Below the pieces are notes generated by a model, which saw only the letters and a list, made by a program, of their open reading frames with translations, made no database searches and had not been told where the DNA came from. A stretch of DNA of 64,000 bases from positions 555 through 64,554 of the forward strand of contig DHON01000112.1 in NCBI GenBank assembly GCA_002409965.1. The letters run 5' to 3'. Positions 41,731 through 50,639 of the stretch are shown in pieces (position 1 is the stretch's first letter; the number at the start of each line of letters is the position of its first letter). A program made the translations under genes and the position numbers. Source of the stretch: Firmicutes bacterium UBA5389. Lineage in GTDB: Bacteria; Bacillota; DTU025.

Positions 41731-42642
41731 CTAATCCCATATCCGCGCCTCGATCACCTGGTTCCTGCCTAGCTTGGGCAGTTGCAGGTAGTAGGCGGCC
41801 GTATCCAGCACGGCATCGAGCGGAATCAGCCCGATCAGCTCCGTTTCAGCCACCGGGACTCCGTATCGCGCAGCCTCGCGTCGAACCATCTCCAGCACAC
41901 GGTGGACCGGTGTTTTCACGTAGTTGACCAGGTTCATCGAAACCTGCGCGACATGCTTGTCGTCAAGCATGACGCCGAGAGCCTTCACGTTCGCCAGTCC
42001 TCCGCTGGAACCGCGCACCGCCTTGGCGATCTTCTTGGCGATTTCCACATCTGATGTGCCCAGGTTGACGTTGAACGCAATCAGCGGCATTCGCGCGCCG
42101 ATCACCGTAGCGCCGGCAGTCGGGTGCACCGCCGCCGGCCCGTAGTCCGGAGCGCGTTCAGGCGTGCCTATCGCCGCCTTCAGTCCCTCGTACTCCCCGC
42201 GCCTCACATCGGCCAGGTTCCGCCTGTCGGGCCGCATCGCAGCCTCCTCGTACATGTACACAGGTATCTGAAGCTCCTCGCCAACGCGCCTGCCCAAGCG
42301 GCGCGCGATCTCAACACACTCCTCCGTGGTCACACCGGCGATCGGGACAAATGGGACCACGTCCGTGGCTCCCAGTCGCGGATGCTCCCCGTGGTGCTGC
42401 TCCATGTCGATCAAGTCGCGCGCCCGCTCGATTCCCGCAAACGCCGCCGCCTCCACATCTTCCGGCGTTCCAACAAAGGTAACGACAGAACGGTTATGAC
42501 TTGCATCAGACGAAAAATCAAGCAGCTTCACACCTTGAACGGACGTGATCGCCGCAACTATCTCCGCCACAACCTGCGACCGCCGGCCCTCCGAGAAATT
42601 CGGCACACACTCAACAATCCGCTGAGCCTGCCCAGAATCCAC
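41731..42642 (-). CDS. Glutamate formimidoyltransferase (FTCD N-terminal-like formiminotransferase domain)
   Basis: RIVECVPNFSEGRR N-terminus is characteristic of formiminotransferases. Confidence 0.8.
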   Translation of the reverse strand: MDSGQAQRIVECVPNFSEGRRSQVVAEIVAAITSVQGVKLLDFSSDASHNRSVVTFVGTPEDVEAAAFAGIERARDLIDMEQHHGEHPRLGATDVVPFVPIAGVTTEECVEIARRLGRRVGEELQIPVYMYEEAAMRPDRRNLADVRRGEYEGLKAAIGTPERAPDYGPAAVHPTAGATVIGARMPLIAFNVNLGTSDVEIAKKIAKAVRGSSGGLANVKALGVMLDDKHVAQVSMNLVNYVKTPVHRVLEMVRREAARYGVPVAETELIGLIPLDAVLDTAAYYLQLPKLGRNQVIEARIWD

Positions 42643-42851
42643 TAGCCATCACCCCCAACACATAACAGCCTGCATCACGCCGGATTAGCCTTTCTCCGCC
42701 GCCGCCGCAAATCCTCCTGCCTCCCTCTATGAGGGAGGTCGAGGCAGAAAAGCGAGTGGCTGCATGCCCAGGCGCATGGCAACACGCGGTTTCAGGAAGC
42801 AGGAAGGCGGAGACAAGCTCGCTGAAGTTGCGCCGGGGCATTCTGAGGGGC

Positions 42852-42892
42852 TATAATGGGATGATAATTGAAAGTGGTTTTCATTTGCTATC
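42852..42892 (+). promoter_or_regulatory. Promoter -10 (TATAAT at 42852-42857) followed by an AT-rich dyad region (GATGATAATTGAAAGTGGTTTTCATTTGCTATCA), a candidate Fur-family box for autoregulation of fur-cbiMQO
   Basis: TGAAA-N5-TTTCA inverted repeat at 42869-42883, flanked by a TGATA/TATCA outer pair. It is the only AT-rich stretch in this GC-rich region. Confidence 0.4.
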
Positions 42893-42906
42893 AGGGAGGC
42901 AACCAC

Positions 42907-43362
42907 GTGCAAGCCGACTGCTTCGACAATGCTCTTCAAAAGCTCCGAAAGCGCGGGTTCAAGTTGACGCCGCAGCGCAGGGCGGTGCTCAGGCTGTTCT
43001 GCTCCGACGATGCTCGACACCTCACGGCTCAGCAAGCTCACGATGCAATCCGAGAGCGGGAACCGAGCATCGGTCTGGTGACTGTGTACCGCTCGCTCGA
43101 GCTGTTCACAAGTGTGGAAATCCTCCACAGGGTCAAGTTCAACGATGGTTTCGACCGGTACGAGCGACACCCGGGCGCCGCAGGTCACCATCACCACCTG
43201 GTATGCGCTGGATGCGGCCAGGTGGTCGAGTTCGGCGACTGCCTGATCAGGTCGATGGAGCAGAAACTGGAGAAGACGAGCGGCTTCTGTATCGAAGGAC
43301 ATTGGCTGGAGCTGATCGGCAGATGCCCCGAGTGTCGCGGACGCGCAAAGGAGGACAACTGA
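42907..43362 (+). CDS. Fur-family metalloregulator (Fur/Zur/Nur-type)
   Basis: LTPQRRAVLRLF...HHHLVCAGCGQVVEF...CPECRG. Start moved to GTG 42907 behind an AGGGAGG RBS. The track start at 42868 lies inside the promoter. Confidence 0.75.
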   Translation: MQADCFDNALQKLRKRGFKLTPQRRAVLRLFCSDDARHLTAQQAHDAIREREPSIGLVTVYRSLELFTSVEILHRVKFNDGFDRYERHPGAAGHHHHLVCAGCGQVVEFGDCLIRSMEQKLEKTSGFCIEGHWLELIGRCPECRGRAKEDN

Positions 43363-43365
43363 TCC

Positions 43366-44094
43366 ATGTCGCATCTTCACATCCCCGACGGCGTGCTCCC
43401 TCTGCCTTGGATTGCAGCCGGGATAGGCCTCACCGCTCTCTTCGTATACCTTGCGCTCGCAGCCCTCAAACGGCATGATCGCGCCAGAGTCGTATCGCGA
43501 ATCGCCACGCTCTCCGCAGTCATGCTACTGGCAATGAGTCTTCCCATACCGCTGCTGGGCTACCATGTGAACCTCACAGTGCTCGCCGGCATACTCGCAG
43601 GTCCGGCAGAGGGGTTCATCGCCGCGTTCGTCACCAACCTGATCCTGGGGTTGATGGCCCACGGCGGCATCACCGTGGTCGGGTTGAATACCCTCGTCAC
43701 AGGGCTGGAGGTCAGCCTTGGCTGGCTTATCTGGAGATCGCTCCGGCGCGCGCTGCGCCGACCATTCGCCGCAGCCGCCGTTTCCACAGTGATAGTCCTC
43801 CTCATATCCACCACAGCTATGCTTGGCATCGTGGCTGGAACACAGATCAACCCGGACCTCGCGTTGCACCGGCACGATCACTCGGAGCATGCAGATCACT
43901 CGGAGCATGCAGACAACGCGGACCACGCAGATGATACAGATCACGTTGGATCCCTCAAGGCTTTCGCCGCGGTCGTCTATGCTACAGGGGCGGTGGGGTG
44001 GGCCATCGAGGCCCTCGTGGTCGGGTCGGTGACGGAGTTCATCGCGAAATCCAGGCCCGACATGCTGAGTCCAAGCCCCGACAGGGAGGCTTGA
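43366..44094 (+). CDS. cbiM: ECF-transporter substrate-capture component CbiM/NikM family (Ni/Co) with a His-rich segment
   Basis: N-terminal (MS)HLHIPDG motif of CbiM/NikM. Multiple TM helices. C-terminal HRHDHSEHADHSEHADNADHADDTDH. Confidence 0.7.
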   Translation: MSHLHIPDGVLPLPWIAAGIGLTALFVYLALAALKRHDRARVVSRIATLSAVMLLAMSLPIPLLGYHVNLTVLAGILAGPAEGFIAAFVTNLILGLMAHGGITVVGLNTLVTGLEVSLGWLIWRSLRRALRRPFAAAAVSTVIVLLISTTAMLGIVAGTQINPDLALHRHDHSEHADHSEHADNADHADDTDHVGSLKAFAAVVYATGAVGWAIEALVVGSVTEFIAKSRPDMLSPSPDREA

Positions 44095-44098
44095 GCTG

Positions 44099-44803
44099 GT
44101 GGATGTGCAGTTCGTCGACGAACTCGCGGCCAATGGCCGCACGCCGTTGCACGCCGCGCTGCCCTGGGTGAAGATATCGGCTTCCGCCGCCTTGCTCGCG
44201 GCATCGATAGCCGCGAGCACGCCTGTGGCTGCCGGTGCGGCGGCAGTCGCCGTGGTCGTCTTCGCATCGGCATCCCTTGGCCAACTGCGCTACACAGTGA
44301 CGATGGCGCTCTACCCGGTGTTCTTCGCGAGCATTTTCGCCCTGGGCTCGGTTCAGCGGAGCCCGCTGTTCGCCCTGACAATAGTGGTCAAGGCCTTCTC
44401 GGCCGGCCTGGTCGCCTCCACTCTGATTACCACCACGCCCTTTGTCGACATCTTCGCCGGCGTCTCCCGGGCGATGCCGGCGATAGTCTCTGATGCGCTT
44501 TTCATGGGGTACAGGTCTTTCTTCATCCTCATCAACGAACTGCAGAATCTGCTCCGAGCTGTGCGGTTGCGCGGCGGAGCGGGGCGCGGGCTCGCGCAGC
44601 AGTTGCGCACATACGGCCAGGTCCTGGGCGTGGTGATCTTGCATTCGGCGGACATGACGGAACGCATGTACCGGGTCATGATAGTCCGGGGATACTCGCA
44701 GCGAATCGAGTCGGCGCGCGAATGGCCTCCGCCCCGCACCTTCGACTACCTGCTGATCGCGTACGCCGGGGCCGTGCTCGCTCTCATCCTGACACTGAAG
44801 TAA
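44099..44803 (+). CDS. cbiQ: ECF-transporter transmembrane (T) component, CbiQ family
   Basis: About 234-aa membrane protein between cbiM and cbiO, with the C-terminal arginine-containing helices typical of the family. Confidence 0.65.
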   Translation: MDVQFVDELAANGRTPLHAALPWVKISASAALLAASIAASTPVAAGAAAVAVVVFASASLGQLRYTVTMALYPVFFASIFALGSVQRSPLFALTIVVKAFSAGLVASTLITTTPFVDIFAGVSRAMPAIVSDALFMGYRSFFILINELQNLLRAVRLRGGAGRGLAQQLRTYGQVLGVVILHSADMTERMYRVMIVRGYSQRIESAREWPPPRTFDYLLIAYAGAVLALILTLK

Positions 44804-44881
44804 GGTAGACGCAGCCCGGGGCCGTCCGCGCGATCCATCTTTCAACACGCGACCTTCGAAACTCGAGAGGAGACAACTACG

Positions 44882-45787
44882 ATGGAAAACGATGAGATAA
44901 TCGCACAGGTGAATTGCCTAAAGCACGTGTATCCGGACCAGACAGCCGTCGACCTGTGCGGGCTGAACTTCACGGTCCATCGCGGCCAACGCGTTGCCGT
45001 GCTCGGCGCCAACGGCAGCGGGAAGTCCACGCTCATCTTCCACCTTCTTGGGCTGCTCTCCCCGGTTGACGGGCAAGTGAGCGTATTCGGGGTGAACCCG
45101 GCGAAGCAGTTCCGCGAGATACGCCACCGAGTGGGAGTCTTGCTGCAGAATGTGGACGACCAGATCATCGGCCCTACTGTATGGGATGACGTCACCTTCA
45201 CTCCGCGCGCGCTGGGCTGGCCGCGCGAGCGGGTCGACGCCTGCGCCGGCGCCATCCTCGAGCGCATGGAGATATCGCACCTCAAAGACAGGATTCCGCA
45301 CTACCTGAGCGGCGGCGAGAAGCGCAAGGTGGCCCTAGCGGGCGCGCTCGTGACCGAGCCAGAACTGCTCATAATGGACGAGCCCTTCACCGGCCTCGAC
45401 CCCAGATCCCGCTCGGAGTTGGTCCGGCTGATGAACCACGTCCATTCAGAGTACGGCGTAACGTACATAATCTCCACGCACGAAATCGACTTCGTGCCGC
45501 ACATCGCCGACTGGGTCTACGTCCTCGGAGGCCAGCACGGCATCACCCTGTCGGGCACGCCTCAGGAGGTGTTTTCCCAGCCCGAGGCGCTCCGCGCGGT
45601 CAGCGTCGACCTTCCCGCTCTCGCAGAGTTGTTCGAAGTCCTGCAGAAAAGGGGGTGGGACGTTGCCGTCCCACTCACTGTAGATCAGGCTGTCGTCGAA
45701 CTTGAGAAGAGCAGGCCCGGCGCCGAGTCGCTTTCCTCGAAAGCTGCCCCGCCTACATCGCCGCCTACCCCACGTGCGGAATCTTGA
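44882..45787 (+). CDS. cbiO: ECF-transporter ATPase (CbiO/EcfA family)
   Basis: Walker [10 protein letters not shown], signature [15 protein letters not shown], Walker B LLIMDEP. Confidence 0.85.
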   Translation: MENDEIIAQVNCLKHVYPDQTAVDLCGLNFTVHRGQRVAVLGANGSGKSTLIFHLLGLLSPVDGQVSVFGVNPAKQFREIRHRVGVLLQNVDDQIIGPTVWDDVTFTPRALGWPRERVDACAGAILERMEISHLKDRIPHYLSGGEKRKVALAGALVTEPELLIMDEPFTGLDPRSRSELVRLMNHVHSEYGVTYIISTHEIDFVPHIADWVYVLGGQHGITLSGTPQEVFSQPEALRAVSVDLPALAELFEVLQKRGWDVAVPLTVDQAVVELEKSRPGAESLSSKAAPPTSPPTPRAES

Positions 45788-47414
45788 TCCCGTGCTCGCG
45801 CGCAAATTCCTGGGCTTCCTCATAGCCGGCGTCTGCGTGGCGCACCACGCCTGTGCCGGGGTCGCCAGTGAGTACGCGTTCCAGTCGGCGCGCCGCCGCC
45901 TCGGTCCCGTCGGCCACTATGACCATGCCGGCGTGGAGCGAGTACCCGATGCCCACTCCTCCGCCGTGGTGGAATGACACCCACGTGGCCCCGTTGACCG
46001 CGTTGAGCATCGCATTGAGCACCGGCCAGTCGGCGATGGCGTCAGAGCCGTCCTTCATGCCTTCAGTCTCCCGGTTGGGCGATGCCACCGACCCGCAATC
46101 CAGATGGTCGCGGCCTATCACGATGGGCGCGCTGATCTTACCCTGAGCCACCAGATCGTTGATGATCCGCCCGAACCTGGCCCGTTCACCGTAGCCCAGC
46201 CAGCATATGCGGGACGGGAGTCCTTGGAATGCTACCTTGTCGTGGGCCATCTGGATCCATCTCACCAGGTGCTCATCGTAGGCAAACTCCTTGAGGATGA
46301 CTTCATCAGTGACCCAGATGTCCTTGGGGTCTCCCGATAAGGCCACCCACCTGAACGGTCCCTTGCCCTCGCAGAATAACGGGCGCACGTAGGCGGGGAC
46401 GAACCCCGGGTAATCGAACGCATTCGTTACACCCTCGTCGAACGCGACTTGGCGCAGGTTGTTGCCGTAGTCGAACGCCACCGCGCCTCGTGCCGTCATG
46501 TCGAGAATCGCCCTGACTTGCGTAGCCATGGAGGCCTTGGCCCTGCGCACATACTCCTCAGGGTCGGCCCGGCGCAGCTCGGCAGCCTGCTCCAGAGTGA
46601 GCCCGGCGGGTACATACCCGTTGAGCGGGTCATGCGCAGAGGTCTGGTCGGTCACAAGATCCGGTATCATGCCTCGCCGCACAAACTCAGGATGCGTCTC
46701 GGCTGCATTGCCCACCAGAGCTATGGACCTCGGCATCCCCTTCTCCTGCGCCTCCCGGGCAAGGGCGATGGCCTCATCGATGCTGTCGGTAACCATCTCA
46801 CAGTACCGAGTGGCGATACGCCGCTCGATCCTAGTCCTGTCCACCTCGACTGCTATGATCACCCCATCGTTGAACGTCGCCGCCAGCGGCTGGGCGCCGC
46901 TCATTCCTCCAAGCCCCGCCGTCAGAACCAGTCTACCCTTGAGGCTGCCGCCGAAGTGCTTGCGGGCCGCCGCGGCGAAGGTCTCATAGGTTCCCTGCAG
47001 GATTCCCTGCGTACCTATGTAGATCCAGCTACCCGCGGTCATCTGCCCGTACATCGTCAGCCCCATCGCCTCAAGCTCCCAAAACTTCTCCCAGGTGGCC
47101 CAGTGCGGCACGAGCATAGAGTTGGAGATCAGAACGCGCGGCGCGTCTGGATGTGACCGGAACACCGCGACCGGCTTCCCCGACTGAACAAGCAGCGTCT
47201 CGTCGGGCTCGAGCTCGCGAAGCGCCCGAACGATGGCATCGAACGCCTCAAAGCTGCGCGCGGCCTTACCCCTGCCGCCGTAAACTACCAGGTCATCCGG
47301 GCGCTCAGCCACATCAGGGTCGAGGTTGTTCATGAGCATTCGAAGCGCCGCTTCCTGCTGCCACCCCTTGCACGAGATCTCAGTCCCGCGCGGAGCCCTT
47401 ATGACTCTTAACAT
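45765..47414 (-). CDS. hutU: Urocanate hydratase
   Basis: Full-length urocanase pattern (549 aa), including the NAD-binding GGMSGAQP region. Confidence 0.9.
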   Translation of the reverse strand: MLRVIRAPRGTEISCKGWQQEAALRMLMNNLDPDVAERPDDLVVYGGRGKAARSFEAFDAIVRALRELEPDETLLVQSGKPVAVFRSHPDAPRVLISNSMLVPHWATWEKFWELEAMGLTMYGQMTAGSWIYIGTQGILQGTYETFAAAARKHFGGSLKGRLVLTAGLGGMSGAQPLAATFNDGVIIAVEVDRTRIERRIATRYCEMVTDSIDEAIALAREAQEKGMPRSIALVGNAAETHPEFVRRGMIPDLVTDQTSAHDPLNGYVPAGLTLEQAAELRRADPEEYVRRAKASMATQVRAILDMTARGAVAFDYGNNLRQVAFDEGVTNAFDYPGFVPAYVRPLFCEGKGPFRWVALSGDPKDIWVTDEVILKEFAYDEHLVRWIQMAHDKVAFQGLPSRICWLGYGERARFGRIINDLVAQGKISAPIVIGRDHLDCGSVASPNRETEGMKDGSDAIADWPVLNAMLNAVNGATWVSFHHGGGVGIGYSLHAGMVIVADGTEAAARRLERVLTGDPGTGVVRHADAGYEEAQEFAREHGIKIPHVG

Positions 47415-47504
47415 CCGCTGATCCCTCCAGCCGTGTATCTCGTATATCGCGAGATCGATTCCCTTGCCGCGCGCATGCCAGCCCGCGGCGGCGTCTACTC
47501 CAAC

Positions 47505-49031
47505 CTACTCCAACGAACCTACGGCCTGTTCCGCCGCGCGCAGCAGAGTCTCGTCCTGAACCAGCTCCGAGATGCGGGCAATATCGGTCGCCAGCACCCT
47601 GTCGTGATCGAGGTGTGCCACCTTCGCCCTGACTGCTCTGTGCACCGCCGCGATGCCCGCGCCCGGCTCCAGCGGAGCCAGGAAGTCCACGCCCTGCGCG
47701 GCACACATGATCTCAATCGCGAGCACATTCGCAGCATTCGCCCGAATCTGCCTGGCCTTGCGGGCGGCGATCGTGCCCATGCTCACGTGGTCTTCCTGGT
47801 TGCCCGAGGTCGGTATGGAGTCAACCACCGCAGGCGACGCCAGTATCTTGTTCTCGGAGACCAACGCGGCTGCGGTGTACTGCGCTATCATCATGCCGGA
47901 ATTCAGCCCGCCGTGCTCAGTCAGGAATGGCGGCAACCCTGAAAGCTGGGGATTGACCATTCTCTCAGTGCGGCGTTCGGATATACTGGCCAGCTCAGAC
48001 GCTGCTATGCCCAGAAAGTCCATGGCCATGGCCACCGGCTCCCCATGGAAATTGCCCCCAGAGATCACATCGCCGTCTTCGGGAAAAATGAGAGGATTGT
48101 CGGTGGCCGAGTTCATCTCACGCTCCACCACTTGCCGCGCATACTCCATGGCATCGCGCGCCGCCCCGTGCACCTGCGGCGCGCACCTGAGCGAGTAGGC
48201 GTCCTGCACCTTTGAGCAGTCCCTGTGCGACTCGCGGATGGCGCTCCCCTCCATCAGACGGAGCATGTTGCGGGCCGATGCCGCCTGTCCCGGATGGGGG
48301 CGCGCCGCGTGCACCCGCGGATCGAAGGCGGACGCCGTCCCGCGCAGGGCCTCGGTGGTCATCGCGGCCGCGATATCGGCCGTCCGGGCCAGCACCGACA
48401 CATCATACACCGCGAGCGAACCTATTGCCGTCATGACCTGAGTGCCGTTTATCAGGGCCAGACCCTCTTTGGCGCGCAGAGCGACTACGGGGATTCCCGC
48501 CCGCGCCATCGCCTCTGCACCAGTCAGCGTGTCGCCTCTGTATCGAGCCGTGCCCTCGCCTATCACCACCAGCATGGTGTGGGCAAGAGGCGCCAGATCG
48601 CCGCTCGAGCCCACCGAACCCTGCGACGGTACCTCGGGGTGCACGCCCTGGTTGAGCATGGCGATGAGAGTATCGACGACCTCCCCCCGGGCGCCCGAGT
48701 ATCCACAGGCCAGCGCATTCGCCCTAAGCAGCAGAATCGCCCGCACCACCTCGTCCGGCAGGAGCTCGCCCACGCCCGATGCGTGCGACAGCAACAGATT
48801 TCGCTGCAGAGTCGCTGAGTCCTCGGGCGAGATCACCACATCGGCGAACCTTCCGAACCCAGTCGTCACTCCGTACACCGGCCTCTCGCGCCCAAGCAAC
48901 GTATCCACATACGCCGAGGCCTGGTCTATCCTTCGCCGTGCGTCCGGATCGAGCGACACAGGCGCCCCGCCTCTAGCCACCGCGACGACATCCGCGATTG
49001 ACAGGTTCGCGCCGTCGATACTGACATGCAT
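47505..49031 (-). CDS. hutH: Histidine ammonia-lyase
   Basis: HAL/PAL family, with the ASG triad region (GSVGSSGDLAPLAH) that forms the MIO cofactor. Start at ATG 49031 with a GAGGAAGGAAGG RBS. Confidence 0.9.
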   Translation of the reverse strand: MHVSIDGANLSIADVVAVARGGAPVSLDPDARRRIDQASAYVDTLLGRERPVYGVTTGFGRFADVVISPEDSATLQRNLLLSHASGVGELLPDEVVRAILLLRANALACGYSGARGEVVDTLIAMLNQGVHPEVPSQGSVGSSGDLAPLAHTMLVVIGEGTARYRGDTLTGAEAMARAGIPVVALRAKEGLALINGTQVMTAIGSLAVYDVSVLARTADIAAAMTTEALRGTASAFDPRVHAARPHPGQAASARNMLRLMEGSAIRESHRDCSKVQDAYSLRCAPQVHGAARDAMEYARQVVEREMNSATDNPLIFPEDGDVISGGNFHGEPVAMAMDFLGIAASELASISERRTERMVNPQLSGLPPFLTEHGGLNSGMMIAQYTAAALVSENKILASPAVVDSIPTSGNQEDHVSMGTIAARKARQIRANAANVLAIEIMCAAQGVDFLAPLEPGAGIAAVHRAVRAKVAHLDHDRVLATDIARISELVQDETLLRAAEQAVGSLE

Positions 49032-49108
49032 GCCGGTCCCTTCCTTCCTCGCCTCATCCCGTGCTCTGCGCAGACGGCGCCGGCGGCGCTGACCGCGCAG
49101 GGCACGCC

Positions 49109-50407
49109 TTACCCCCGCGCAATCCTCCGCGCGACATCGCAAGTCCAGTCAGTGAGCCTGCCAAGTTCGATGCTGGCAAAGCCGATAACATCGGTATCCA
49201 GACGGCCCGCGATGGACTCCTTCCACCTTGCCGGGATGGCGCGCTCGCCTATGAGGGCTCCAACAGTGGCGCCCACCTGCCCCGTGCTGCAATCGCAGTC
49301 CCAACCGCAGCTGGCCGCGATTGAGACGCTCTCGCTGAAGTCGCCGCCTCCCAAGAGCAAGCTCATCACCACGATCGCGGCATTCGGGAAGGTGTGTATC
49401 CAGTGCAGATCGCCGTAGGTCTGGTCGATCCAGTCGAGCACATCCTCCCACCGGCCACGCTCCTTGCACTTGGCCACCGTTGATCGGACAACCGATGCAA
49501 ACTCGCTGTCCCTAGGGACATACCCCAGCGCCCGGCTGATGATCTTGCTGACATCGCCCATGACGAACGCCAGGCTCACCATGACCGAGTTGAAGACCTC
49601 CCCGTATACGCCTTCCTTGACATGCGAGATGATCGCGTCCTTATATGCCAGCTCAGCCGCGAGTTCAGGTCTGCCGGGAGCGATGAGCCCGTGCACCTCG
49701 CCGCGCATCTGAGCCCCGATCCAATCGCTGAACGGGTTGTTCTCGCGCGCCGAGTACGGCGGGATGAGCCCCCTGTGCAAGTTCTCAAGCGCTTGCCTTT
49801 CAGCGGTATAGGTCTGATCCAGCTCCAGATGCTGTACCCACTCATATCCGAGATCCCTGCTGGTAAATCCCGGGCCGTGCTCTTCGATGCAGTGCAACAC
49901 GATGATCTGGTAGTTGATGTCGTCGTTCCTGGTGTCCGGCTTCTGCAGGTAGTCCGTGACCCTGCCGCGCTCTTTCCGCACCTTGGCGCTGGGCCATCCC
50001 GCGGAAGGGTCTCCCAGGGCGCAGCCTATACACTTGCCGTACCAAGCGCCATATACTTTGTCACGATAGGCCTGATTCCCTGCATCCACACTGCATATTT
50101 CGCGCCCTGCGACAGCGGTCCAGCTTCGCTTGAGTTCGTCCCAAGTATCGGGCAGGTGGTCGTCGTTCACCATTTTCGGGGCCCGCCGCAGAGCCTCCCA
50201 CATCATCGCGATCACTTTCTGAAGAGCCCAGTAGTCTCCGGAATTGTATGCCTCCCACCCCCGAGGAATGAGCTGCCTTGCCTCCGACACGTCGTAACCC
50301 CGCTTCTCGAGGGCATCCACGCACTCGATCATCCGGTTCTCCACAATACCGCTCATGGGCATTACATCCTGCCACATCGCGGCTGCCTGTTTCTCAGCAT
50401 GCGTCAT
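49109..50407 (-). CDS. ADP-ribosylglycohydrolase-family protein (DraG/ARH-like) with an N-terminal extension of about 125 aa
   Basis: ARH fold recognised from residue ~125 onward (VYGAWYGKCIGCALGDPSAGW...). Start at ATG 50407 with a GGAGGAGGA RBS. Sits directly upstream of hutH-hutU. Confidence 0.65.
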   Translation of the reverse strand: MTHAEKQAAAMWQDVMPMSGIVENRMIECVDALEKRGYDVSEARQLIPRGWEAYNSGDYWALQKVIAMMWEALRRAPKMVNDDHLPDTWDELKRSWTAVAGREICSVDAGNQAYRDKVYGAWYGKCIGCALGDPSAGWPSAKVRKERGRVTDYLQKPDTRNDDINYQIIVLHCIEEHGPGFTSRDLGYEWVQHLELDQTYTAERQALENLHRGLIPPYSARENNPFSDWIGAQMRGEVHGLIAPGRPELAAELAYKDAIISHVKEGVYGEVFNSVMVSLAFVMGDVSKIISRALGYVPRDSEFASVVRSTVAKCKERGRWEDVLDWIDQTYGDLHWIHTFPNAAIVVMSLLLGGGDFSESVSIAASCGWDCDCSTGQVGATVGALIGERAIPARWKESIAGRLDTDVIGFASIELGRLTDWTCDVARRIARG

Positions 50408-50522
50408 ACCTGTATTCCTCCTCCGCATCGTCCTGTTGCTTCTGGACCTTCGCTGCTTTCTAGCTCTTGACACTGCCTGCCGGCTGCCCAAGACGGCGAT
50501 TCAGCGGTGGAATCGTGTGCGC

Positions 50523-50545
50523 AAAAACCGGCCGCGCCGGCGCAC
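50523..50545 (-). terminator. Candidate ftsH terminator: CCGGC-gcg-GCCGG hairpin followed by TTTTT on the minus strand
   Basis: Read directly. Lies about 100 nt downstream of the ftsH stop. Confidence 0.35.
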
Positions 50546-50639
50546 TCTACCATGCGCCGATGCGACCGGTATGTCAGGCAGACCCGGCATGGGCCCTGCC
50601 CGCCCCATTGACGGATTGCACGCACCCTCGCGGCCGGCG

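Noticed and set aside
42868-42906. Track start (TTG 42868) of the Fur-family gene
   Set aside because: This TTG lies inside the putative TATAAT/Fur-box region. A GTG at 42907, with an AGGGAGG RBS 7 nt upstream, gives a normal Fur N-terminus.
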